From Phoronis australis (taxonomy: Eukaryota; Animalia; Phoronida), in assembly GCA_002633005.1 (NCBI GenBank), contig NMRA01000062.1:853981-917980 (forward strand): DNA of 64,000 nucleotides. Direction: 5' to 3'. This document shows positions 1 to 11,588 of this stretch, piece by piece (position 1 is the stretch's first letter; every line of letters begins with the position of its first letter). The position numbers and the translations under genes are program-made. The notes beneath the pieces are model-generated. The model did not search any database. It saw nothing but the letters and a program-made list of their open reading frames with translations, and was not told where the DNA came from.

Positions 1-744
1 GTTTTTTTGTTGTCTTCTTCTGTATCTGCCAAACCACACAGAGGATCATTATGAAAATTGGCAGATGTGTTCTTACTGACAAGAGCCTGACTGACATGGA
101 TTTTCAAACTGGTCCAACTACTGTGGTACCCCCTAGTGATTTTTTTCGCATCTACAGTTGTTTCGCTTAAACACCTTGTAAGATGTTTTTGAAATTTTGC
201 AACTGTATTCCTATTAATTTGACAGCAGATGGACAGATTCGACTACAGCTGTGGTTCCTAATGGCGGTTTTTTTAGGTTTGCCTTTTTATCCTTGAAATT
301 CTTTTGAAAGATTTTCATTAAATTTGGCTAATAATTTTGAGAGAGGATGACGACACCTTCCCATTTGGATGGGTTCCAGTGTATTTTGTGCCATCTAATG
401 GCCTTTTTATGATACAAATAAACAACCCTAGAAGCACCCTGTTTGCGCTGCAGTCGTGGGTGCATTTCAACGCTCCACGTTGTCTGTTGTACCGTAATAT
501 GTATGGTCATGTGGCAGTGGAAAACTTGACATCTTAGGTGGGTGTAACCAGATATTGTACCATATACTTTTTGGTAGGAGGGGTTCATAGCAGGAAGTTA
601 ACATCACCTTCTGACCGTCATTGTTGCTTCAGTCTATTATGTCTATGTTTTGTTTGTTGATGTGTGCTGTGGAACGTGGAGGTAGATAGATTTATTGTAG
701 GTTGTTTTGAAATATGTTTTGAATCGTTCTGATTGCATTTGCAG

Positions 745-2195
745 GTTGCGAGAGCTTGATGAACAAATTTGGATTCCAATGGCCTGAGAGTTTGGAGTGT
801 AGCAAATTCCCAACGTCCGGCTTGTGTGTCGCTGAAAACAAAACCAAAGTGACGGATCCAGACCCCACAACCAGTCCTGACAATGGAGGGGGTCAGGGAG
901 GAGACAACACTGGAGGAGGAGACAATAGCGGTGGCAATAACGGTGGCAACACTGGAGGTGACAATAACGGCAACAATAACAACGGAAACAATGGAAATAA
1001 CAACGGTGGCAATACTGACAACAATGGTAACCAAGGCAACCAGGAAGATGAGAAGGAATTTGGCTACAAGTGTGGTGTTCGTCTAATAACACCGGGGAAC
1101 TTGTCGTACTCAGTTAAAGTTGGCGACCATTTAATGCGAAATTGCGGTGTTCCTTGTCGGTCGCAGTACTTTGAGCCGTCTCAATATTACTTTGCATGGA
1201 TTTGGATCGGGGTGTGGTCGTCACTGTGTTTAGCCTCTACACTATTCACTGTGTTAACTTTCATCATCGATATGCAAAGATTCCGCTATCCGGAGCGGCC
1301 AATCATATTTCTCTCCGGTTGCTACTGCGTGGTGGCACTGACCTTTGTTGTTGGATTTATCATAAAGGAGGAGGTTGCATGTGATGGCCCTTTCAAACCA
1401 TCCAAGCCTGACTTCTCTCCTCTGTTGATGCCACGAATCGTAACGCAGGGCACGAGGGTGGAGGGATGTACTATTTTGTTCATGATGCTTTACTTCTTCA
1501 GTATGGCCAGCTCCATCTGGTGGGTGATTCTCACGCTGACATGGTTCCTCGCGGCTGGCATGAAGTGGGGTCACGAGGCTATCGAGGCTAATTCGCAGTA
1601 CTTCCATTTAGCCGCCTGGGCTGTGCCGGCAATAAAAACAATAGCTATCCTAGCCATGGGCCAAGTTGATGGAGACGTTCTCAGTGGGGTATGCTTCACT
1701 GGAATGTCAGATCTCGATGCTTTGCGAGGGTTTGTGTTAGCTCCACTCATCATTTACTTACTCATTGGAACCTCGTTCTTATTGGCTGGCTTCGTATCGT
1801 TGTTCCGAATCCGTACAATAATGAAAAGCGATGGCACTAAAACGGACAAATTGGAAAAACTCATGGTGAGGATAGGAGTTTTTTCAGTCCTTTATACCGT
1901 GCCTGCCACAATTGTCATTGGGTGCTATTTTTACGAACAGATACTGCGTCCTAAATGGATGGAAACGTGGTACTATGAGCAATGTAGTGATATCAGAAGC
2001 ACATTTCGTTGCCCTTCGGAAACGGCACCACCCAAGGCAAAACCAGACTTCACGATTTTCATGATAAAGTACTTGATGACGTTAATAGTGGGTATCACAT
2101 CTGGCTTCTGGATATGGTCCGGCAAAACCTTCAACGCATGGAAGCGGTTCTATTGTCGAATTTTCACTGGAGGCAGACCGGAATCGGTGGTCTAA
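745..2195 (+). CDS. FZD7: Frizzled-1/2/7 family Wnt receptor, 3' coding exon (end of CRD, linker, 7TM, C-tail); 5' exon(s) lie upstream of the window
   Basis: Acceptor tgcatttgcag|G at 744/745 (phase 1) gives [19 protein letters not shown], the Fz1/2/7 CRD end. Also [67 protein letters not shown], KTxxxW (KTFNAW) and a C-terminal PDZ ligand ESVV; stop TAA 2193-2195. The symbol stands for the Fz1/2/7 pro-ortholog. Confidence 0.95.
879..1043 (+). repeat. Gly/Asn low-complexity coding tract in the Frizzled extracellular linker
   Basis: [55 protein letters not shown], 55 codons of GGN/AAY. Confidence 0.9.
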
Positions 2196-3686
2196 TGTAC
2201 ATTTTAGAAAGGACCGCATTTTGATACTTGTTAGAGAACATTTTAGATGTTAATATGTATTATAACTAAGATGGCTTTTTAGATTTTTATATGTACCAAT
2301 CATTTTTAGTTAAATGCATTTTAAGAAGATTTCATATAGAGGAGAAATGTTTACGACAAATGGTGCGTCTCTGCCATGTGCTGACAGTTTAGAGATTTCT
2401 GTTAGTTCTGTGGTGGATATGATGGTGACAAGCAACTATGTTGTCATAGGAACAAGAAATATTAAGTAAATCTAGTCAGACTGTTCAGTACAGCGACAAC
2501 CCTCCTAACTTGGATGCTGTCCTTCTTCAGAAGTCCAATGAACAAGTTCTGTGTTTGTGTTCAAAGGTGCCATATCTCCTGTTTCTCTGGAACTGGATTC
2601 TTTGAAAATAAACTGACTCCTCTAGCCCAAATCAAAACAGAACTGTGTGATTGTAGCCACTGGAGCATGTGATATTGACAGGATGTATAAACAATGGACT
2701 GTAGGCATTTCCTAATGCAGTTTAGTTGTATAAGCAACAGTGATGTGATCACACTTTGACTTGATGGTGCATGGCCATTGACCAATCCAGAGTGGAAGAA
2801 CAAGGAAGACAAAGGTATGACCTTTGAACTTTGAACCCAATGTGTCAGAGATTACAAGATGGGGCACCAGTGGTTGACCAGTGTTGAACCCCGTTCTGTT
2901 ACAATATTCACCTCATTGAAAAAGCTGTGAACAGTGAACGTTGGAAGTTGTTTGCCACATCTTGTAATCTTATTCAGAACAACTGGTGACTCAAGTCATT
3001 TATTGATTAAGTTGTCAGTGGAGACGGAATCCTGCATAATCTGAATTAATAGCTTAATAGCAGATTTTGCCAGCCACGGATGTGCCCACATTTCTATTTC
3101 AAAGAACAAGCCGGCTCACATAAACCTCAGTTTTGTTACGGCAACTAGCAACCTGATTCGAATGTTGTGTGGAAGTTCATACTTAGTTGTGTCAATCGAT
3201 TTGCTGAATTGCGTATCTTTTTGTCTCACTTTAACTTTGACTATTAAATGCAGGCTCTTTGTCAGAAAAACCCAAGTTTCACATTGTCTGAAGAAATAAC
3301 AAATTGTCAGTTGTTCTGGAACTCAGCGATCATTTCTATATGGCGTAAGTAGTAAGAAAAGACCAATTTTATCATGTTAAGAGATCAGATGAACACCTAT
3401 TTTTTGACTGGAAGTACACGTTTAATGGTGACTTCAGAGTCCAAATATTCACTGTATGAGTGGTTTATTAAATTTAGCGTTGTATGTTACTTAGTGACAG
3501 TGAGCTCCCTCTGTAGCATGATCTTGGGAGTTGAAATCGTGTTTAAAACATTTTAGTTCATAAATGAAGCAACGTAATTTATTTAAACTTGCTTAATTTT
3601 CTGTCTTAATGTTTAGTGTACAAAGAATTTTTATGATCATAAATAGTGACCACGAAGTGTAATTTACATAAGAGTGTAAATTGGTT

Positions 3687-3692
3687 AATAAA
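3687..3692 (+). terminator. Candidate proximal poly(A) signal of Frizzled
   Basis: AATAAA in an AT-rich context with upstream TGTA motifs, ~1.5 kb after the stop; another AATAAA lies at 2607-2612. Confidence 0.35.
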
Positions 3693-6600
3693 CTGTATAT
3701 ATATATTCTAAGTTCTAAATTGTCTTGAACAAGTGTCACTCCAGATATACATTTTGGAGATGTCATAGAATGGAAAGCACTTATGTTGAATCCTGATTGT
3801 TCCAAAATACCTTAGTACTTCTATTCACTAGCCAAAACTTTGGACGAGCTCAGGTGACCAGCATACCAAAAAATATCGGAACAGAAAATCTCCATTGATG
3901 AAAGACATCTTCCCGCCAACTGTAATTTTCATCTAAAAATGCCATCCTAATGAAACTAAACTTTGGTTAGACATCCAATATAGTACAAGTCAAGATTTAC
4001 ATAGGCATCCAAATTAAATTTCCCTCAATCTTCTAGACAAACATGTCTCTGTCAACAGAGAATTGATCGACTTTGAATAACAGTTGCTTCCATAATCAAA
4101 TGAAACCATTTGTACATGTTCCCAGTTGAGAAGGCAAGAGCTGAGTCACAAATGCAGGAGGTAACAATGCTCTGAGATTTCAACCTTGAGGAATGTTCAA
4201 TTTCTCTTGAACTTGAACTTTCGATGGGAAATTTTGAACTTTCACTAAAGAAACTAAACATTTCTCTATCATTGTGAAAATGAACATTTGTTGACGTAAA
4301 TTTCTAATTGTTAATAGAATTTTATGCTTAGTTTAGAAATTCGAGAAGGAGCCAAGTAAAGTTCACCAGATGGATTCTAATTGTTTGGCGTGCATCGGAC
4401 TTGGGCACCAATGTTCAGTGAGGTGGTTGACTTCTCTGCTGAACCATTTTTGACTCGTCACTGTGTCAAGTTTGAGTTTTGTCGTGACTAGTTTGGCTTG
4501 CTGGCATTGAGTTTGAAAACCTGTGCACTGAATTTGAAGTGTAGTGAGATTAGTCATTTCTTCAGCAAATTTTGGACATTTTGCATTTTTGTTATCGGTT
4601 CAATGCATTTGTTCCAAGTCCTAACACACAAACTCCCAACGCTATGGGCATGGACTTTTACCTTCTTCGAACACATACAATACATGAATTTTGTAATTCC
4701 AGTCGAGTTTGATTTTTTGTTGCTGAGAACACTCTAGTTGATTGTTCTGTAACCCTGTGTGAGCTGTTACTGTAAGATCTACAATGTAGCCATGAACGTG
4801 ATCCTTGCTCAGCCTGTTTGTCTGACACTGACACAACCCAATGGGGAGTTGACATTCAAGTGGTCTACCAGTCTTTAGCTATAATGATAAGTGGTCTGTT
4901 ATTGTCATTTATTAGCCAGACAGCTGTGAAGTACCCTGTCAAGCATTTTATACTCTGGTGAATTATTTGCTCCCCCACTCTAGTCATTTGGCTATTTTGT
5001 CAGAAAACATGTTTCTGGGCTGTGACATGATTTTGGATTGGGAAGAAAGGCCCCTTGAGGAAAATGATGAAATGCACTGATACATAGGTACCCGATGGTG
5101 TATCTAGAAAGAAGCGAGATGTGTGTATCCATGTTTTGTGAAAGAGTAGACAAGAGGTCTGCTGATGAGTGTACTGGGCAGGACAGGGGGGCAGTGCAGT
5201 TGCCTCCCACCCCAAATTCAGGCAAAAATAGAGGCAAATAAAGAAAAGGATCGAATTTTGGCAGTAGAGCACACTTTGGGAAATACGAGAAAGACATTTA
5301 AGGAAGGAGGGGAGTAATTTAGTCTACTGCACAGTCATTCGAGGCGGGCCATGCTATGTCATGCCCCCCCACCAAACAGCCAAGTGCAGATCTGGGTGTT
5401 TTACACGCAGAAGATTTTTATGCAGTTGGGACGAAGTAGCCGTTTTCCTATAACAGTAGCGACAATATGAAATACGATTTGTCGCTAGATGGCGATAAAG
5501 TAGTTTGGTGGACAGCATTCTATATTCCTGTATTGATTTAATGTAATGGGATATTTACTTGTTTTTTGAAAAACTTTTCCACCATTATGCCGTCAAATTT
5601 CCACTGTTCTTCACTGTGCTGCTAACCTTTTGGCTGAACCTTCAAATCCCTAATTCAGAACTGTTTACAATCACTTAAGTCTCCACTTGAAAGTCCAATG
5701 TCCAGATTTGACCAGTGGTCTAGTTAGTGTCAGAGACCCTTCTGTGAGTTGCAGCTGGCCCGGGTTTGTTTCCCCTCCCTGCCTTTGAAGTGTTGCATCA
5801 AAATGTAAAGATTTGGATAGGAACATGGGTGCATTTTGTTTATCCCTCGTTCGGCGAGATCACGTAAAATCAAGTAGAGTGTAACTTCAGTACGGTTTGG
5901 TCAAAAACCTTTCTAGCATGGACTAACAAAATGGCTGCCACTTGAAGTTATTGGCCATCCAGACTGGAATGCTGAATTATGGGAGTAATCTCAATATGAA
6001 TGTTGCCATCGTTTCTGGTCACAACAGTCCAGTGGGTGTCTTCCCCTGGGGAACCTGTCCCTGGTCACTTTTTGTTAACATCTGTTAGAAGTATCATAGG
6101 TCCGCATTACGTTGCCAAATGGTAGGATGATTTGTGCTTGTTAAATTTTAACTTTCCAATTAACATGATTTTCCAGCACTGTTGGCCTCTTGGCTGGCTG
6201 CTTTAAAGATTAACACTCAGGCGGAATTGTTAGTTGGAGATGGTGGAACATAAGCATTAATTAATTTAAACAACTGTTTCACATTTACTCTGTAATTGCT
6301 GTCTGTCCTTCTGCAGTTGCTGGGAGCTACAGCGTTATATTGAACTAGGGTTTGCTAATGACGGTAACTTTCCTCATTATAGAATGCAACATGGCAGAAA
6401 AAGAAATTGGATTTTCTCACCGAAAATGGGTTAAAAGGAGAATTTACTTGTTGTTCCTAAGATTTGCCTCAGTTTGTGCTGCTGCTCTGTAATATAACTT
6501 TTTGATTTAAAACAGCATTTCACTCTGTTTTGCTGGCTTAATTGTGCAACGCGCAGCTTTAAAAGATCAGTTCAAAGTTGTAAAGTGTCCGTAATTTTTG

Positions 6601-8496
6601 CGCTAAATTTGCAAAATCTATTTGATAAATTTGTCTTTTCTTTCAAAACCATGCTTCCAGGGATTCAAGGTATTCAGTGGTCTATTTGATTTCAGTGTCT
6701 TGCTTAGCTATCTGTGTCCATCCTGCAGTTCTCCATGAATAATACAAGTCTGCCCATGTAATTAACACCAAGATGTCTGAAAGGAAGTTAATGGATGGAT
6801 GACTGGTCTGAGTCACACTACATTAGTTATGCAGCCCAGTTTTAAGTAAGAAGTTTTTAAATCCAGTGTGCGCAGGCACTTCATTCTTTTGTGCAAACAT
6901 CTGTGTAATGTACCTAATCCGTATTGACACGAAGTTGAGACTTTTTTGATTTTATCCATGGGCAGAATTTCATTAGTCATTTAAGTCTGCATTCCAGTGA
7001 GATAAGAGCCATGTCTGTGAGCCATTTACTCATCAGTTCAACCTGACGTGCTCTTGACAGGGAATTCTAAGTAAATAGTTCTTGTTTGTTTTCGGCTCAG
7101 CATTTCAGTTCTGAGGTCCTACATGTAGCACTAAAATTGCTTGGATGGTTGACTGGTATGAACGATGGGGTTTAAATTATGGACAACAAACGGAACCGTG
7201 GCCTAGGAAAGGTTTACTTCTGTGATGTCGGAGTTTTAGCAGTTGCTACTGTCAACACTAGCATTTGTTTTGCTTTTGAATAGTGCTTTATTCAAAAACT
7301 CACCATTCTGCCACTAGGGATGCTCCTTTTCACTTATTTTTCGAACATATACACAATGACTGAGCATCAGTTTGCAATTACTTCAGAAGTCAGTCCAAAA
7401 AGTTCAAATAACTTTGCAATTTACATCTTCGCTCTCCTTGTACCGCAGTTGGGTTGATATGACCTTATGGCCTTTAAATGCCACTCTTGAAATAGGTATC
7501 TTGACTCCCAATACCCACACATGTCTATATTGTAATACAAAGTAATTATTTTATAATATCACAACCAGAATATGACTTACGGGCCTCTACCTGTTCAAAG
7601 ATGTGCTAACCATGTTGCGTTTATAGAAGTGCTTAAGACTAATTGTTACGGTAACCTTCCAAAATTCATGTATAACTGCAACCTATAAATACTTTTTGTT
7701 AAATTGCTACCCACGTAACAAATTTTCAATCATATTTGTATATGTCAAAATATGTCTTTGTTGTGACTTAATGGACATGGTAAATTTATGTCGGCCTTAT
7801 TCAAATTATTTTTGCAAGCTGATTTTATTGTCTATGACTGCGGGAACTGTTTTTTAGATTTCCGATGGCAGTATGATATTCATCTATTAACGGATGCCTT
7901 GCCCATCAAGAATCTATTCTTAAAAGGAATTTTGATGGCTAAGATCTCTGTATTTTGACAACAACTAAAAGGATGGGACACTGAGGTCCTGTGTTTTTAC
8001 ACTAATATATGTTTTATACATAATTTAAACACAGTCACTTGCCATTTACCCTTTTTTAGTTCAAAATTCACATTCAAAGTAAAATGACAGATTTTGCAAA
8101 TATGGCTCTCGCTTGATTATAAAAAATTGCATGGAAGTTTAAGGCATGAATTAAGATTGTTCATTCATTGACTATTCAACAAAACCAAATCTGCTTGTGT
8201 GGATTCATAGTGGACAGTTCAAAGAACCTTGACAATTACCATAACCCTAATTGGCACAGGCTGTTCCATCAAAGGGTGTCGAAAAAATGTTGATTTTGGC
8301 AGGGTTTCCTAAACTGGGTTGTCTCATGTCAATTCCACACCATCTCTTGATTGTTTTCATGACAGAAACCAAACTTTAACCTAATGAACCTAAATTGCCT
8401 ATTGACTCTTGAAGCATGTTGCTTGAGGTGTAAGTCAAAACATACTTGCTTTGTGTTTGGCATGTCTCTAATTGAAGCATGTTTGTGGAAGTCCAG

Positions 8497-8780
8497 GGGT
8501 CTGTTTCATGAAAAGGGACTTTTAAGACTTAAGACAGGAGTTTAGTCTTAAGCTCCACATAACTATTTCTGAAAAGTAATTAAAAATCACTTTTTCAAGA
8601 GAATAAACTATCTGAGAATATGCTGATTAGTTAACTACTGGTAAGAGAACATTTGTGCAATTTTTTCCATTTACTGGCCTGCTTAGTATGACATGACCAA
8701 ACCTTTATTTGAAAACTGTCAAGTGGGAGCAGAAAACCAAATGTCTGTGGTGTTGTAAGTCACTTTCATGAAACAGATCC
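8497..8780. mobile_element. PIF/Harbinger-like MITE, family A, copy 1 (284 bp)
   Basis: 17-bp TIRs gggtctgtttcatgaaa / tttcatgaaacagatcc (1 mismatch); CAG TSD at 8494-8496 and 8781-8783. Confidence 0.8.
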
Positions 8781-10204
8781 CAGGTGGTTAGCTTTACAAA
8801 ACGTTTCAAAGTGGCTAGAGCTATTTTCGAAACCTTCAAATGCTATCTATGCTGCTTGGAGTACATCAGTTGTAAAGAGTCTTCCATCTTAGGTAAAAGT
8901 CGCATTTTCTCACAATCTGAAAAAGGGTCCTAAGGCTTTGAGGATTTTTTGCCAAGATCAAAGTTCATGATTCAGCCCGACATACATAAATCAGTTTGAT
9001 TCACTTTTTAGTCACCAAACAGGGGGCTAGTAACTTTAAAAGGAATTCAGGAAAATTACAAGTACTGGTGAATGTCATGAAAACCTCCGGTCAAATATGT
9101 CAACCCTCTTTTACTTTACATTATCCTTAGTTCAGTAGTTAAATGAGAAAACATACCAGATATGTTTAAGTATACATTCGATTTTGTTCACTGCCTACCC
9201 TTCATGCTCACACATAAGTGTCAGTAAAATCAGTTTTACCCAGTGAATCACAAGGTGCTGTTTATAATCCATGACTGGTTGACCACAGAACTGAGTTATT
9301 CTTTAGACTATTATCTAAATAAACCAGTTGCTGTTCTCAGGTAGTAAACCTGCTATTCAGGGGCATCAGACTATTTAGAGGCTTTAGTCTGGCCTGCTTT
9401 GTGCTGAATGGCTGTGTAGTTGAGTGCACTTGAAGAGCAGATGATCAAAGGCTTTTGTATGGTCTGCCAACTTCAATTAAGCTACAGTGGCTTGTATTTT
9501 GGTAGGTATGATCCCAGCCTGTGGGCAGGCTTACATTAGTTGACACTGTCTCCTCACAAGCCTGTTAATTATGGGTTAGAGACAAAATTATATTCAGGGA
9601 ATCTGAGGTCTTGGTGCTTGCATGCTGTGTTGCAAAAATATTTATTGGTCAGTCAAAAAGGTTACGTTTTGAATGTTTTCATGACGGTCTGTGATATTGT
9701 GTAAACACTCACTAAATGTGCTCATGTTAATTGGCACGCTCAATTTATACAATCAAGACTTCCTTGAAAGCACCTGTGTTTTTGTGAATGCCTGTCGTTT
9801 CTCACTTTCGTTTCCAAAATGTCTGCAATTCATTTACCTTTAGGAGAGTTTCAGCAGCACTTATGGGTGGGGAAAACACTTACGCTTTCTATCTTATGTG
9901 ACTTAAAAGTTAGTCCAACGACTGTATACCTGAATTGACCATTTGGGTAAATGAACCTCCCTCCCCAAGTCATGATTTTTTTTTAAATACACAAGCTTGG
10001 TGTAATGTATACTATTTAAGCATCTTTGAAGTTTGCTCGAAGTATGAATAGTACTAACAGTACACTCTCACCAATTTAGTGTGTAATATGGCACGCGTAA
10101 ATTGGATTTTTAAACATTTTTTGCACGCAGCCCATTAGCATTTTTAACGACCAACAGGCCTAGTGTCAGTTTGATGTTAGTAGCCGTGGCAATTGCTGGG
10201 CGTA

Positions 10205-10383
10205 ACCATGCGCGCACACAGGGGGGCTCGAACAAGTCCACCAAAAAGGCGCAGACGCACAGTTCACTTTCCCGAAGGTGGTATCCTGATTTTTTTTTAG
10301 TCCTGCCGCCTTTTATGTCAGTAAAAGGTCCACATCGTCAGAAATTCGAGCCCCCCATATTAAAGGCTGGGTGCGCACATGGT
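10205..10383. mobile_element. Short non-autonomous DNA-transposon-like element
   Basis: Termini accatgcgcgcacac / gggtgcgcacatggt plus internal inverted ggggggctcgaa / ttcgagcccccc; no clear TSD. Confidence 0.6.
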
Positions 10384-10619
10384 ACCTCTATACTTTAATC
10401 CTGGTGTCAGGCTGGGCAGTGAAGAAAATACATTTACAGATCTAGAAAACATTTTCTTTAATTTACTGAAGTGTTTCCTTTAGCTGAAAATTGTTGCATC
10501 AACAAAATGCTCACGATGATTCAGGACCCTTAGTGCTGGTGGCCGGAAATGTGACGTATTCACCATTTCAACAATATTTTAAACACTGTATGCTTCATAT
10601 GCAAACAAATGGCTAAACA

Positions 10620-10890
10620 TTTGGATAATACACACCCACATCTGTTGAACAAGAACCAAAATGTGAATGAAAGACAACCAAACAAAACTAGACGCCAATG
10701 CTGTCATGTTTGAAAGACCGTTAGCTGAGAATGCATCTGACCTTGTGGCTAGATATGACAGAATCGAGACTGTTTAACTCCCCACGAATATCCCAATATG
10801 ATGGCTAGTCTAAATGAAAAACAACGCCAAATTGTGTTATATCACAGGCAGTGGTGCAAATATGCTGTTAAGTGTGTTAAGCAAAATAAT
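10620..10890 (+). pseudogene. Degenerate Helitron-like Rep/Pif1 helicase fragment
   Basis: Frameshifted PTSVEQE..ASDLVARY..HEYPNMMASLNEKQRQIVLYHRQWCKYAVK resembles the 'MxSLNEKQR' segment that precedes the Walker A motif in Helitron Pif1 domains (from recall); no Walker A motif follows. Confidence 0.5.
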
Positions 10891-11432
10891 GGTTTCAGGC
10901 TCAGGCAGTATCAACACATTTTCAAGGACAACATGGCTGTCATTCAGGAATCATTCTTCAACTGTTGTACACTGGGAACTCGGGTCATGGAAATAGACAA
11001 GAATAGCCGATGATTTTCTGATTTCAGCGGAAGTACAAAATTATGGTAAAGGAGGATAGTTTGACAACAGAAAATAGGAAACCATATAGCGTGTTACACA
11101 TTCCTTGATTTGATATATTATGTTTTCAAATGCGTGAACTAGACTAAATTTTAGAGACGAGGTCTTTGAAGTCCATGCCACAACCCCACTCCCCCCACCC
11201 GTTGTCCACTTTATACTCTTCAAAGTATTTTCCCACCATTCTGTTTTTCTCTAGGATTTCCTCCAAGGGTCAAGTTAAAGTGCCTGCAATGGTTTATTTG
11301 TACTACTGCATGGTTTGGTTTCTTGATTAGAACCTTAGACTTAAACTAAACTAGTTGCTGCTGTAATGGTCTGCTCTCTACATTGTGAAACAACAAATCA
11401 GCCAAATGGGTTTCTCACATTAAATGCATGTG

Positions 11433-11588
11433 AGTGGTGAAAAAACGCTTACCATTTTTCATTGGCATAAACGCTAGCAGTTTTTCAGTGGCAAAAATGC
11501 TAACTGTTTTTCATTGGTGATCAGGTTGGCAGTTTATCAGTAGGGAAAACGTTATCAGTTTTTCAGTGGTGAGAACGCTGGCAGTTTA
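11433..11588. repeat. Degenerate minisatellite, ~26-bp unit x6
   Basis: Unit ~agtggtgaaaacgctagcagtttttc. Confidence 0.7.

Noticed and set aside
1-600. Repeat-like sequence in the Fz intron
   Set aside because: Looks like an interspersed-repeat remnant, but I could not define termini or find a second copy in the window
618-1092. Minus-strand ORFs of 138 and 149 aa (Val/Thr-rich and Cys/His/Tyr-rich)
   Set aside because: Antisense shadows of the Gly/Asn codon tract in Frizzled
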